64,000 nucleotides of DNA from the human T2T-CHM13v2.0 reference genome, Homo sapiens, in the NCBI RefSeq assembly GCF_009914755.1, contig NC_060944.1; one strand, given 5' to 3'. The notes beneath the pieces were generated by a model. It saw only the letters and a list, made by a program, of their open reading frames with translations, was not told where the DNA came from and made no database searches. Both the position numbers and the translations under genes were made by a program. This document shows, piece by piece, positions 1-15,007 of this stretch; positions within the stretch are counted from its first letter, which is position 1, and every line of letters starts with the position of its first letter.

Positions 1-539
1 GGAATGTAATGGAATGGAATGGAATCAACACGAGTGGAATGCAATGTAATGGAATGGAATGGAATGGAATGGAATGGAATGGAATGGAATGAAATGTAAT
101 CATACTGTGTGGAACGGAATGGAATGGACTGGAATGGAATAAATCCGACTGGTATTGAAAGGAATATGTTGGAATAGAATGGAATGGATTGGAATGGAAT
201 GCAATGGAACGGAATGGAATGGAATGGAATGGAATGGAATGGAATGAAATCAACCTGAGTGGAATGGAATGGAATGGAATGGAAAGGAATCAAACCAAGT
301 GGAATGGAAACGAATCGAATGGAATGCAATGGAATGGAATTAACCCAAGTGGAAAGGAATGGAATGGAATGGATATGAATGGAATGGAATGGAATGCAGT
401 CAACCCGAGTGGAATGGTATGGAATCTCATGGAATGGAATGCAATCAAATCAACTGGAATTGAATGCAAAGGAATGTAATGGAATGGAATGGAATCAACA
501 CGAGTGGAATGCAATGGAATGGAATGGAATGGAATGACA

Positions 540-2900
540 TGTAATCATACTGTGTGGAATGGAATGGAATGGAACGGAGTCAACCTGAGTGGAATGGAAT
601 GGAATGGAATGGAATGGAATGGAATGGAATGGAATGCAATGGAATGGATTGGAATGGAAAGAAATGGAATGGAGTCAACACGAATGGAATGGAATGGAAA
701 GGTATCAACCCGACTGGAATGGAATGGAAAGGAATGGAATGGAATGGAATGGATTGCATTGGAATCAACATGAGTGGAAGGGAAAGGAATTGAATGTAAT
801 GAAGTAGAATGGAATGGAATCAAAGCAAGTGGAATGGAAAGGATTGCTATAGAATAGAATGGAAAGGAATGGAATGGAAACATCAAGACTGGAATGTAAT
901 GCAATAGATTGGAATCGATTGGAATGGAATCCACCCGAGTGCAATGAAATGGAATGGAATGGAATGGAAATAACACTAGTGGAATGGAATGGAATGGAAT
1001 GGAATGGATTGGAATGGAATGGAATCGAATGGAATCAACCTGAGTGGATTGGAATGGATTGGAATGGAATGGAATGAACCCGATTGTAATGGAATGGAAT
1101 GGAATGGAATGGAATGGATTGGATTCAACCCGAGGGGAATGGAATGGAATGGAGTGGAATGGAATGGAATGGAATGGAATGAAATGGAATGGAATGTTAC
1201 CAAATTGTGTGGAATGGAACAGAATGGAATGGAATTGACTGGAATCAAACCGAGTAGAATGTAAAGGAATGGAATGGAACGTTAATAAACAGAGTGTAAT
1301 GGAATGGAATGTAACGGATTGTAATCGAATGGAATGGAATGGAATGGAATCAAAGCGAGTGGAATGCAATGGAATGGTTTGGAATGGAATGGAATGGAAT
1401 TGAATGGAATTACCCCGAGTGAAATGGCATGGAAAGGAACGGAATACAATTTAATGGAATGGAATGGAATCAACCCGAGTGGAATGGAATGGAATGGAAT
1501 GGAATACAATGCAATGGAATGGAACCAATAAGAGTGGAATGGATTGGAATGGAATGGAGTGGAATGAAACGGAATGGAATCAACCAGAGTGGAATGGAAT
1601 GGAATGGAAAGGAATGGAATGGAAGGAAGTGAAATTGTAACAATCCACGTGGAATGGAATAGAATGGAATGGAAACAAACTGAGTGGAATGGAATGGAAT
1701 GGAATGGAATGGAATGCAATGGAATGGAATGAAATGTAATCATACTGTGTGGAACGGAATGGAATGGAATGGAATGGAGTCAACCCGAGTGGAATGGAAT
1801 GGAATGGAATGGAATGGAATGGAATGGAATGGAATGGAATGGAATGGATTGGAATGGAATGAAATGGAATGGAGTCAACCCGACTGGAATGGAATGGAAA
1901 GGAATGGAATGGAATGGAATGGATTGCAATGGAATCAACATGAGTGGAAGGGAAAGGAATTCAATGTAATGAAGTAGAATGGAATGGAATCAAAGCAAGT
2001 GGAATGGAAAGGATTGGTATAGAATAGAATGGAAAGGAATGGAATGGAAACATCAAGACTGGAATGTAATGCAATAGATTGGAATCGATTCGAATGGAAT
2101 CCACCCGAGTGCAATGAAATGGAATGGAATGGAAAGGAAACAACAAGAGTGGAATGGAATGGAATGGAATGGAATGGAATGGAATCGAATGGATTGGAAT
2201 GGAATGGAATCGAATGGAATCAACCTGAGTGGAATGGAATGGATTGGAATGGAATCGAATGGAATGAACCCGATTGTAATGGAATGGAATGGAAAGGAAT
2301 GGAATGGAATGGAATGGAATGGAATGGAATGGATTGGATTCAACCCGAGGGGAATGGAATGGAATGGAGTGGAATGGAATGGAATGGAATGGAATGGAAT
2401 GGAATGTTATCAAATTGTGTGGAATGGAACAGAATGGAATGGAATTGACTGGAATCAAACCGAGTAGAATGTAAAGGAATGGAATGGAACTTTATTAAAC
2501 AGAGTGTAATGGAATGGAATGTAACGGATTGTAATCGAGTGGAATGGAATGGAATGGAATCAAAGCGAGTGGAATGCAATGGAATGGTTTGGAATGGAAT
2601 GGAATGGAATTGAATGGAATCACCCCGAGTGAAATGGCATGGAAAGGAACGGAATACAATTTAATGGAATGGAATGGAATCAACCCGAGTGGAATGGAAT
2701 GGAATGGAATGGAATACAATGCAATGGAATGGAACCAATAAGAGTGGAATGGATTGGAATGGAATGGAGGGGAATGAAACGGAATGGAATCCACCAGAGT
2801 GGAATGGAATGGAATGGAAAGGAATGGAATGGAATGAAATGAAATTGAAACAATCCGCGTGGAATGGAATAGAATAGAATGGAAACAAACTGAGTGGAAT
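540..2900 (+). repeat. ~1.2 kb tandem duplication (2 diverged copies)
   Basis: Marker pairs CATACTGTGT 546/1741, CATCAAGACT 881/2051, CAAATTGTGT 1201/2411, CCAATAAGAG 1525/2735 (offsets 1170-1210). Confidence 0.8.
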
Positions 2901-5890
2901 GGAATGGAATGGAATGGAATGGAATGGAATGGAATGGAATGGAATGGAATGCAGTGGAATGGAATCAACTCGAATGGAATTGAATGGAATGGATTGGAAT
3001 GGAAACAAACCATTTGGAATGGAATGGAATGGATTGGAATGGAATGGAATGGATTGGAATGGAATGGAATGGAATTGAATGGAATTACCCCGAGTGAAAT
3101 GGCATGGAAAGGAACGGAATACAATTTAATGGAATGGAATGGAATCAACCCGAGTGGAATGGAATGGAATGGAATGGAATACAATGCAATGGAATGGAAC
3201 CAATAAGAGTGGAATGGATTGGAATGGAATGGAGTGGAATGAAACGGAATGGAATCAACCAGAGTGGAATGGAATGGAATGGAATAGAATGGAATGGAAT
3301 GAAATGAAACTGAAACAATCCGCTTGGAATGGAATAGAACGGAATGCAAACAAACTGAGTGGAATGGAATGGAATGGAATGGAATGCAGTGGAATGGAAT
3401 GGAATGGAATGGAATCAACTCGAATGGAATTGAATGGAATGGATTGGAATGGAAACAAACCGTTTGGAATGGAATGGAATGGATTGGAATGGAATGGAAT
3501 GGATTGGAATGGAATGCAATGGAATGGAATGGAGTCAACCTGAGTGGAATGGAATGGATTGGAATGGAATGGAATGGAATGGAATAGAATGAAATGAACC
3601 CGATTGGAATGGGATGGAATGGAATGGAATGGAATGGAAAGGAATGGAATGGCATGGAATAAACCGGACTGCAATGGAATGGAATGGAATGGAATCCACC
3701 CGAGTGCAATGGAACGGAATGCAATGGTATGGATTGGAATGGAATAAACAAGAGTGGATTGGAACGGAATGGAATGCAATGGAATGGAATGGAATGGAGT
3801 GGAATGGAATGGAATGGAATGGAGTGGAATGGAATGGAATGGAATGAAATGGAATGGAATGGAATAGAATCAACCCGAATGGAATTGCATGGAATGGATT
3901 GGAATGGAAACAAACCGTTTGGAATGGAATGGAATGGATTGGAATGGAATGGAATGGATTGGAATGGAATGGAATGGAATGGAATCGAATCAACCTGAGT
4001 GGAATGGAATGGATTGGAATGGAATGGAATGGAATGGAATGGAATGGAATAGAATGGAATGAAATGAACCCGATTGGAATGGGATGGAATGGAATGGAAT
4101 GGAATGGAAAGGAATGGAATGGCATGGAATCAACCGGACTGCAATGGAATGGAATGGAGTGGAATGGAATAGAATGGAGTGGAATGGAATAGAATGGAAT
4201 TTAATGTAATGGATGGAATGGAATCAACCTGAGTGGAATGGAATGAAATGGAATGGAAAGGAATCAAACCAAGTGGAATGGAAAGGAATCGAATGGAATG
4301 CAATGGAACGGAATCAACCCAAGTGGAAAGGAATGGAATGGAATGGATTCGAATGGAATGGAATGGAATGCAGTCAACCCGAGTGGAATGGTATGGAATC
4401 TCATGGAATGGAATGCAATCAACCCAACTGGAATTGAATGCAAAGGAATGGAATGGAATGGAATGGAATCAACACGAGTGGAATGCAATGGAATGGAATG
4501 GAATGGAATGGAATGGAATGCAATGGAATGGAATGAAATGTAATCATACTGTGTGGAACGGAATGGAATGGAATGGAATGGAGTCAACCCGAGTGGAATG
4601 GAATGGAATGGAATGGAATGGAATGGAATGGAATGGAATGGAATGGAATGGATTGGAATGGAATGAAATGGAATGGAGTCAACCCGAATGGAATGGAATG
4701 CAAAGGTATCAACCCGACTGGATTGGAATGGAAAGGAATGGAATGGAATGGAATGGATTGCAATGGAATCAACATGAGTGGAAGGGAAAGGAATTCAATG
4801 TAATGAAGTAGAATGGAATGGAATCAAAGCAAGTGGAATGGAAAGGATTGGTATAGAATAGAATGGAAAGGAATGGAATGGAAACATCAAGACTGGAATG
4901 TAATGCAATAGATTGGAATCGATTCGAATGGAATCCACCCGAGTGCAATGAAATGGAATGGAATGGAAAGGAAACAACAAGAGTCGAATGGAATGGAATG
5001 GAATGGATTGGAATGGAATGGAATCGAATGGAATCAACCTGAGTGGAATGGAATGGATTGGAATGGAATCGAATGGAATGAACCCGATTGTAATGGAATG
5101 GAATGGAAAGGAATGGAATGGAATGGAATGGAATGGAATGGATTGGATTCAACCCGAGGGGAATGGAATGGAATGGAGTGTAATGGAATGGAATGGAATG
5201 GAATGGAATGGAATGGAATGGAATGGAATGTTATAACATTGTGTGGAATGGAACAGAATGGAATGGAATTGACTGGAATCAAACCGAGTAGAATGTAAAG
5301 GAATGGAATGGAACTTTATTAAACAGAGTGTAATGGAATGGAATGTAACGGATTGTAATCGAGTGGAATGGAATGGAATGGAATCAAACCGAGTGGAATA
5401 CAATGGAATGGTTTGGAATGGAATGGAATGGAATTGAATGGAATTACCCCGAGTGAAATGGCATGGAAAGGAACGGAATACAATTTAATGGAATGGAATG
5501 GAATCAACCCGAGTGGAATGGAATGGAATGGAATGGAATACAATGCAATGGAATGGAACCAATAAGAGTGGAATGGATTGGAATGGAATGGAGGGGAATG
5601 AAACGGAATGGAATCCACCAGAGTGGAATGGAATGGAATGGAAAGGAATGGAATGGAATGAAATGAAATTGAAACAATCCGCGTGGAATGGAATAGAATA
5701 GAATGGAAACAAAATGAGTGGAATGGAATGGAATGGAATGGAATGGAATGGAATGGAATGGAATGGAATGGAATGCAATGGAATGGAATCAACTCGAATG
5801 GAATTGAATGGAATGGATTGGAATGGAAACAAACCATTTGGAATGGAATGGAATGGATTGGAATGGAATGGAATGGATTGGAATGGAATG
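1720..5890 (+). repeat. Direct repeat pair ~1720-3065 and ~4520-5890 (offset 2804-2834)
   Basis: CATACTGTGT 1741/4545, CCAATAAGAG 2735/5559, CATTTGG 3011/5835; identical translated strings at 2639/5463 and 2674/5498. Confidence 0.85.
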
Positions 5891-6500
5891 GAATGCAATG
5901 GAATCAACCTGAGTGGAATGGAATGGATTGGAATGGAATGGAATGGAATGGAATGGAATGTTATCAAATTGTGTGGAATGGAACAGAATGGAATGGAATT
6001 GACTGGAATCAAACCGAGTAGAATGTAAAGGAATGGAATGGAACTTTATTAAACAGAGTGTAATGGAATGGAATTTAACGGATTGTAATCGAATGGAATG
6101 GAATGGAATGGAATTAAACCGAGTGGAATGCAATGGAATGGTTTGGAATGGAATGGAATGGAATTGAATGGAATTACCCCGAGTGAAATGGCATGGAAAG
6201 GAACGGAATACAATTTAATGGAATGGAATGGAATCAACCCGAGTGGAATGGAATGGAATGGAATGGAATACAATGCAATGGAATGGAACCAATAAGAGTG
6301 GAATGGATTGGAATGGAATGGAGTGGAATGAAACGGAATGGAATCCACCAGAGTGGAATGGAATGGAATGGAAAGGAATGGAATGGAATGAAATGAAATT
6401 GAAACAATCCGCGTGGAATGGAATAGAATAGAATGGAAACAAACTGAGTGGAATGGAATGGAATGGAATGGAATGGAATGGAATGGAATGGAATGCAATG
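5220..6500 (+). repeat. 730-bp offset local duplication
   Basis: CCAATAAGAG 5559/6289; near-identical translated strings at 5368/6098, 5463/6193, 5498/6228. Confidence 0.8.
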
Positions 6501-9379
6501 GAATGGAATCAACCTGAGTGGAATGGAATGGATTGGAATGGAATGGAATGGAGTGGAATGGAATGGAATGAACCCGATTGGAATGGGATGGAATGGAATG
6601 GAATGGAATGGAAAGGAATGGAATGGCATGGAATCAACCAGACTGCAATGGAATGGAATGGAATGGAAAGGAATGGAATGGAATGGAATGGAATGGCATG
6701 AAATCTACCCGAGTTGAATGTAATGGAATCGAATGCAATGTAATGTAATGGAATGGAATGGAATGGAATGGAATGGAATGAAACCAACTGGAATGAAATG
6801 GAAAGGAATGGATAGGAATCGAATGGAATGGAATGGAATGGAAGGAACCCGAGTGGAATGAAATGGAATCAGTTGGAATGGAATGGAATGGAATCTACCC
6901 GAGTGCAATGGAACCGAATGCAATGGTATGGATTGGAATGGAATAAGCAAGAGTGGAATCGAACGGAATGGAATGGAATGGAATGGAGTGGAATGGAATG
7001 GAATCAACCCGCGTGAAATGCAATGGAATGGAAAGGAATGGAAAGGTATGGAATGCAATCAACGTAATTGCAAAGGAATGGAATGGAATTGAATGGAGTC
7101 AACCGTAGTGGAAATCAATGGAATGGAAGGGATTGGGAAAGAATTGAATGGAATGGACTGGAACGGAATCAATCCGACTGGTATTGAAAGGAATATGTTG
7201 GAATAGAATGGAATGGATGGAATGGAATGGAATGGAATGGAATGGAATGGAATGGAATGGAATGGTATGGAATGGAATCAACCTGAGTGGAATGGAATGG
7301 AATGGAATGGAAAGGAATCAAACCAAGTGGAATGGAAAGGAAACGCATGGAATGCAATGGAATGGAATCAACCAAAGTGGAAAGGATTGGAATGGAATGG
7401 AATGGAATGGAATGGAAAGGAATGGAATGGATTCGAATGGAATGGAATGGAATGCAGTCAACCCGAGTGGAATTGTATGGAATCTAATGCACTGGAATGC
7501 AATCAACCCAACTGGAATTGAATGCAAAGGAATGGAATGGAATGGAATGGAATGGAATGGAATGGAATGGAATGGAATGGAATCAACAAGAGTGTAATGC
7601 AATGGAATGGAATGGAATGGAATGGAATGAAATGTAATCAAACTGTGTGGAACGGAATGGAATGGAATGGAATGGAGTCAACCCGAGTAGAATGGAATGG
7701 AATGGAATGGATTGGAATCGAATGGAAAGGAATGGAATGGAAGAAAACCGAGTGGAATGAAATGGAATCGATTGGAATGGAATGGAATGGAATCCACCCG
7801 AGTACAATGGAACGGAATGCAATGGTATGGATTGGAATGGAATAAACAAGAGTGGATTGGAACGGAATGGATTGGAATGGAATGGAGTGGAATGGAATGG
7901 AATGGAAAGTAATGGAATGGAATGGAATGGAATCAACGCAATTGCAAAGGAATGGAATGGAATTGAATGGAGTCAACCGGAGTGGAAATCAATGGAATGG
8001 AAGGGATTGGGATAGAATGGAATGGAATGGACTGGAATGGAATCAATCCGACTGGTATTGAAAGGAATATGTTGGAATATAATGGAATGGATTGGAATGG
8101 AATGTAATGGAATCAACCTGAGTGGAATGGAATGGAATGGAATGGAAAGGAATAAAACCAAGTGGAATGGAAAGGAATCGAATGGAATGCAATGGAATGG
8201 AATCAACCCAAGTGGAAAGGAATGGAATGGAATGGATTCGAATGGAATGGAATGGAATGCAGTCAACCCGAGTGGAATGGTATGGAATCTAATGGAATGG
8301 AATGCCATCAACCCAACTGGAATTGAATGCAAAGGAATGTAATGGAATGGAATGGAATCAACACGAGTGGAATGCAATGGAATGGAATGGAATGGAATGG
8401 AATGGAATGGAACGGAATGGAATGGTATGAAATATAACCATACTGTGTGGAACGGAATGGAATGGATGGAATAGAGTCAACCAGAGTGAAATGGAATGGA
8501 ATGGAATGGAATGGAATGGAATGCATTGGAATGGAATGAAATGGAATGGAGTCAACCCGAATGGAATGGAATGGAAAGGTATCAACCCGACTGGAATGGA
8601 ATGGAAAGGAATGGAATGGAATGGAATGGATTGGAATGGAATCAACATAAGTGGAATGGAAAGGAATTGAATGCAGTGAAGTAGAACGGAAAGGAATCAA
8701 AGCAAGTGGAATGGAAAGGATTGGTATAGAATAGAATGGAAAGGAATGCAATGGAAACATCAAGACTGCAATGTAATGCAATAGATTGGAATCGATTGGA
8801 ATGGAATCCACCCGAGTGCAATGAAATGGAATGTAATGGAATGGAAACAACATGAGTGGAATGGAATGGAATGGAATGGAATGGATTGGAATGGAATGGA
8901 ATCGAATGGAATCAACCTGAGTGGAATGGAATGGATTGGAATGGAATGGAATGGAATGGAATGGAACGAATAAGATTGGAATGGAATGGAATGGAAACGA
9001 ATGGAGTGGAATGGAATGGAAGCAACCTGAGTGGAATGGAATGGATAGGAATGGAATGTAATGGAAAGGAACTCAATGGAATGGAGTGGAATGGAATGGA
9101 ATGGAATGGAAACAATGAGAGTCTTATAGAATGTAATGGAATGGAATGGAGTGGAATGGAATGGAATGGAATCAATGCGAATGGAATGGAATGGAATGGA
9201 ATGGAATGGAATGGAATAGAGTGGAATCGAATGCAATTGATTTGAATGGAATGGAATCAGCTGGAATCGAATGGAATGGAATGGAATGGAATGGAATGGA
9301 ATGGAATCAAACCGAGTGGAATGGAATGGAATGGAATGGAATAGAATCAGAGTGGAATGGAATGGAATGGAATGGAATG

Positions 9380-12300
9380 GAATGCAATGGAGTCAACCCG
9401 AGAGTAGTGAAAATGAATGGAATTGAATGGAATTTAATGGAATGCAGTTAACCCGAGTGGAGTGGAATGGAAGTGAGAGGAATGGAATGGAATGGAATGG
9501 AATGGAATGGAATGGAATGGAATGGAATGTTATCAAAGTGTATGTAATGGAATAGAAAGGAATGTAATGGAATGGAATTAAACCAAGTGGAACGTATAGG
9601 AATGGAATGGAATGTTATTAAACCGAGTGTAATGGAATGGAATGTAATGGATTGTAATGGAATGGAATGGAATGGAGTCAACCTGAGTAGCATGGAATGG
9701 AATGGTATGGAATTGAATGCAATGGAATGGAAACAACACGAGTGGAATGGAATGGAATAGAATGGAATTGAATGGAATGGAATGGAATGGAATGGAATGG
9801 AAAGAATGAAATGGAATGGAATCAACCCGAATGGAATGGAAAGAATATGTTGGAATGGAATGGAATGGATTGGAATTTAATGGAAAGGAATGGAATGCAA
9901 TGGAATGGAATGCAACGGAATAGAATGGAAAGGAATCAACTAGAATGGAATGGTATGGAATGGAATAGAATGGAGTGGAATTTATTGGAATGAAATTGAA
10001 TCAACACGAGTGGAATGCAGTAGAATTGAATGGAATGGAATGGAATGGAATGGAATGGAATGGAATGGAATGGAATGGAATCAACCCATGTGGAATGGAA
10101 TGGATTGAAATGAATTGGAATGGAAAGGAATGGAATGGAATGGGATCAACAAGAGTGTAATGGAATGGAATGGAATGGAATGCAATGGAATGGAATCAAC
10201 CTGACTGGAATGGAATGGAATGTAATGGAACGGAGTGGAATGGAATGGAAAGGTATGGAATGGAATGGAAACGCATGAAATCGAGTGAAATGGAATGGAA
10301 TGCAAAGGAATGAAAAGGAATGCAATGGAATCAACCCGAGTGGAATGGAATGGAATAGAATGGAATGGAATGGAATGGAATGGAACGGAATGGAATGGAA
10401 TGGAAGGGAGTAGAATGGAATGGAATGGAATCAACACGATTGGGATGGAATGGATTGGAATGGAATGGAATGGAATGGAATGGAGTGGAATGGAATGGAA
10501 AGGAATCAAGCCTTCTATATTCGAAAGGATTGGAATGGAATGCAATGGAATGGAAATGAATCAAACCGAGTGGAATTCAATGGAATGGAACGGAATGGAA
10601 AGGAATGCAAAGGAATGCAATGGAATCAACGCGATTGCCAAGGAATTGAATGGAATGGAATGGAATCAACCGGAGTGGAATGCAATGGAATGGAAGGCAT
10701 TGGGATAGAATGGAATTGAAAGGAATGGAATGGAATCAACCCGTGTGGTATGGAAAGGAATATGTTGGAATGGAATGGAATGGAATGGAATGGAATCAAC
10801 AAAAGAGGAATGGAACGGAATAGAATAGAATGGAATGGAATGGAATGGAATGGAATGGAATGGAATGGAATGGAATGGAATGGAATGCAATGGAGTCAAC
10901 CCGAACTGAATCGAATGGAATGGAATGCAATGGAATGGAATGGAATGGAATGGAATGGAATCAAACCGAGTTGAGTGGAATGGAACTTAATGCAATGGAA
11001 TGGATTAAATTGGAATGAAAAGGAATGGAATGAAATAGAGTGCAATGGAACGGAATGGAACGGAATCAACCCGTGTGGAATGGAATGGAATGGAATGGAA
11101 TGGAATGGAATGGAATGGAAAGCAATGGAATGGAACTGAATCAACCAGAGTGGAATATAATTCAGTGGAATGGAATGGAATGGAAATAACCAGAGTGGAA
11201 TGGAATGAAAAGGAATTGAATGGAAAGCAACGGAATTGAATGGAATCAACCAGAGTTGAATGGAACTGAATGGAATGGAATGGAATCAACCGGAGTGGAA
11301 TGCAATGGAATGGAAGGCATTGGGATAGAATGGAATTGAAAGGAATGGAATGGAATCAACCCGTGTGGTATGGAAAGGAATATGTTGGAATGGAATGGAA
11401 TGGAATGGAATGGAATGGAATGGAATGGAATGGAATCAACAAAAGAGGAATGGAACGGAATAGAATAGAATGGAATGGAATGGAATGGAATGGAATGGAA
11501 TGGAATGGAATGGAATCAAACCGAGTTGAGTGGAATGGAAATTAATGCAATGGAATGGATTAAATTGGAATGAAAAGGAATGGAATGGAATAGAGTGCAA
11601 TGGAACGGAATGGAACGGAATCAACCCGTGTGGAATGGAATGGAATGGAATGGAATGGAATGGAATGGAATGGAATGGAAAGCAATGGAATGGAATTGAA
11701 TCAACCAGAGTGGAATATAATTCAGTGGATTGGAATGGAATGGAATTAACCAGAGTGGAATGGAATGAAAAGGAATGGAATGGAAAGCAACGGAATTCAA
11801 TGGAATCAACCAGAGTTGAATGGAATTGAATGGAATGGAATGGAATCAAACCAAACGGAATGGAATGGAATGGAATTGAATGGAATTAGCCCGAGTGAAA
11901 TGGCATGGAAAGGAACGGAATACAATTTAATGGAATGGAATGGAATCAACCCGAGTGGAATGGAATGGAATGGAATGGAATACAATGCAATGGAATGGAA
12001 CCAATAAGAGTGGAATGGATTGGAATGGAATGAAGTGGAATGAAACGGAATGGAATCAACCAGAGTGGAATGGAATGGAGTGGAAAGGAATGGAAAGGAA
12101 CGAAATGAAATTGAAACAATCTACGTGGAATGGAATAGAATGGAATGGAAAAAAACTGGGTGGAATGGAATGGAATGGAATGGAATGGAATGGAATGGAA
12201 TCAACCCGAATGGAACTGAATGGAATGGATTGGAATGGAAACAAACCGTTTGGAATGGAATGGAATGGATTGGAATGGAATAGAATGGATTGGAATGGAA

Positions 12301-14930
12301 TGGAATGGAATGGAATCAACCTGAGTGGAATGGAATAGATTGGAATGGAATGGAATGGAATGGAATGAACCCGATTGGAATGGGATGGAATGGAATGGAA
12401 TGGAATGGAATGGAATGGAATGGAATGGTGTCAACCCGAGAGTAGTGAAAATGAATGGAATTGAATGGAATGCAATTAACCCGAGTGGAGTGGAATGGAA
12501 GTGAGTGGAATGGAATGGAATGGAATGGAATGGAATGGAATGGAATGTTATCAAAGTGTTTGGAATGGAATAGAAACGAATGTAAAGGAATGGAATTAAA
12601 CCGAGTGGAATGTAAAAGAATGGAATGGAATGTTATTAAACCGAGTGTAATGGAATGGAATGTAATGGATTGTAATGGAATGAAATGGAATGGAATCAAA
12701 CCGAGTGGAATGCAATGGAATGGTATGGAACGCAATGGAATGGAATGGAGTGGAATCAACCAGAGTGGAATAAATGGAACTGAATGGAATGGAATGGAAT
12801 GGGATGGAAAGGATTCAACACGAGTGGAATGGAGTGGAATGGAATGATATAGAAGGGAATTGAATGGAATGGAATGCAAAGGAATGGAATGGAATCAACC
12901 TGAGTAGCATGGAATAGAATGGTATGGAATTGAATGCAATGGAATGGAAACAACCCGAGTGGAATGGAATGGAATAGAATGGAATGGAATGGAATGGAAA
13001 GAATGAAATGGAATGGAAAAAACCCGAATGGAATGGAAAGGAATATGTTGGAATGGAATGGAATGGAATGGAATGGAATGGAATGGAATGGAATGGAATG
13101 GAATTTAAAGGAAAGGAATGGAATGGAATGCAACGAAATCGAATGGAAAGGAATCAACTAGAATGGAATAGTATGGAATGGAATAGAATGGAGTGCAATT
13201 TAATGGAATGAAATGGAATCAACGCGAGTGGAATGCAGTAGAATTGAATGGAATGCAATTGAATGGAATGGAATGGAATGGAATGGAATGGAATGGAATC
13301 AACCCATGTGGAATGGAATGGATTGAAATGAATTGGAATGGAAAGGAATGGAATGGAATGGAATGGGATCAACAAGAGTGGAATGGAATGGAATGGAATG
13401 GAATGAAATGGAATGGAATCAACCCGACTGGAATGGAATGGAATGCAATGGAACGGAGTGGAATGAATGGAAAGGTATGGAATGGAATGCAAACAAATCA
13501 ACACGAGTGGAATGTAATGGAATGCAAAGGAATGAAAAGGAATGCAATGGAAACAACCCGAGTGGAAGGGAATGGAATAGAATGGAATGGAATGGAATGG
13601 AATGGAATGGAAGGGAATAGAATGGAATGGAACGGAATCAACACGATTGGGATGGAATGGATTGGAATGGCAGGGAATAGAATGGAATGGAATGGAATCA
13701 ACACGACTCGGATGGAATGGATTGGAATGGAATGGAATGGAATGGAATGGAAAGGAATCAAGCCTTGTGGAATCGAAAGGAATGGAATGGAATGCAATGG
13801 AATGCAATGGAATGGAATGGAATCAAACCGAGTGGAATGCAATGGAATGGAACGGAATGGAAAGGAATGCAAAGGAATGCAATGGAATCAACGCGATTGC
13901 CAAGGAATTGAATGGAATGGAATGGAATCAACCGGAGTGGAATGCAATGGAATCGAAGGCATTGGGATAGAATGGAATTCAAAGGAATGGAATGGAATCA
14001 ACCCATGTGGTATGGAAAGGAATATGTTGGAAAGGAATGGAATGGAATGGAATGGAATGGAATGGAACGGAATGGAATGGAATGGAATCAAAAAAAGTGG
14101 AATGGAACTGAATAAAATAGAATGGAATGGAATGGAATGCAATGGAATGGAATGGAATGGAATGGAATGGAATACAATGGAGTCAACCCGAATTGAATCG
14201 ATTGGAATGGAATGCAATGGAATGGAATGGAATGGAATGGAATCAAACCGAGTTGACTGGAATGGCAGTTAATGCAATGGAATGGATTAAATTGGAATGA
14301 AAAGCAATGGAATGCAATGGAGTGCAATGGAATGGAATGGAATGGAATCAACCCGTGTGGAATGGAATGGAATGGAATGGAATGGAAAGCAATGGAATGG
14401 AGTCGAATCAACCAGAGTGGAATAGAATTCAGTGGAATGGAAAGGAATGGAATTAACCAGAGTGGAATGGAATGAAACGGAATGGAACGGAAAGCAACGG
14501 AATTGAATAGAATCAACCAGAGTTGAATGGAATTGAATGGAATGGAATGGAATCAACCCAAAGGAAATGGAATGGAATGGAATTGAATGGAATTACCCCG
14601 AGTGAAATGGCATGGAAAGGAACGGAATACAATTTAATGGAATGGAATGGAATCAACCCGAGTGGAATGGAATGGAATGGAATGGAAACAAACTGAGTGG
14701 AATGGAATGGAATGGAATGGAATGGAATGGAATAGAATCAACTCGAATGGAATTGAATGGAATGGATTGGAATGGAAACAAACCGTTTAGAATGGAATGG
14801 AATGGATTGGAATGGAATGGAATGGATTGGAATGGAATGGAATCAACCTGAGTGGAATGGAATGGATTGGAATGGAATGGAATGGAATGGAATGAAATGA
14901 ACCCTATTGGAATGGGATGGAATGGAATGG
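9380..14930 (+). repeat. Diverged ~3.0-3.3 kb tandem pair (~9380-12430 and ~12430-14930)
   Basis: CAACCCGAGAGTAGTGAAAATGAA 9394/12432, CCTGAGTAGCATGG ~9682/12899, GGAATCAAGCCTT ~10502/13754; markers are collinear with internal indels. Confidence 0.7.
10650..11835 (+). repeat. ~560-640 bp tandem duplication
   Basis: CAACCGGAGT..GGAAGGCATTGGGATAG 10667/11287, AAAAGAGG 10801/11441, CCGAGTTGAG 10966/11521, CAACCAGAGTTGAA 11247/11807. Confidence 0.8.
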
Positions 14931-15007
14931 AATGGAATGGAATGGAATGGAATGGAATCAAACCGAATGGAATTGAATGGAATGGATTGGAATGGAAACA
15001 AACCGTT

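Noticed and set aside
2495-3913. Longest ORF (472 aa, - strand) and all other HSIPF-repeat ORFs, e.g. 42648-43787 and 53038-54189
   Set aside because: (ATTCC)n has no stop codon in any frame and translates to HSIPF repeats. The ORFs overlap in all frames and carry no domain, so they are artefacts.
13193-14272. 359-aa MEWNG-repeat ORF and all similar + strand ORFs
   Set aside because: (GGAAT)n supplies an ATG every 5 bp and no stops. The resemblance to pentapeptide-repeat proteins follows from 15 bp being three pentamers.
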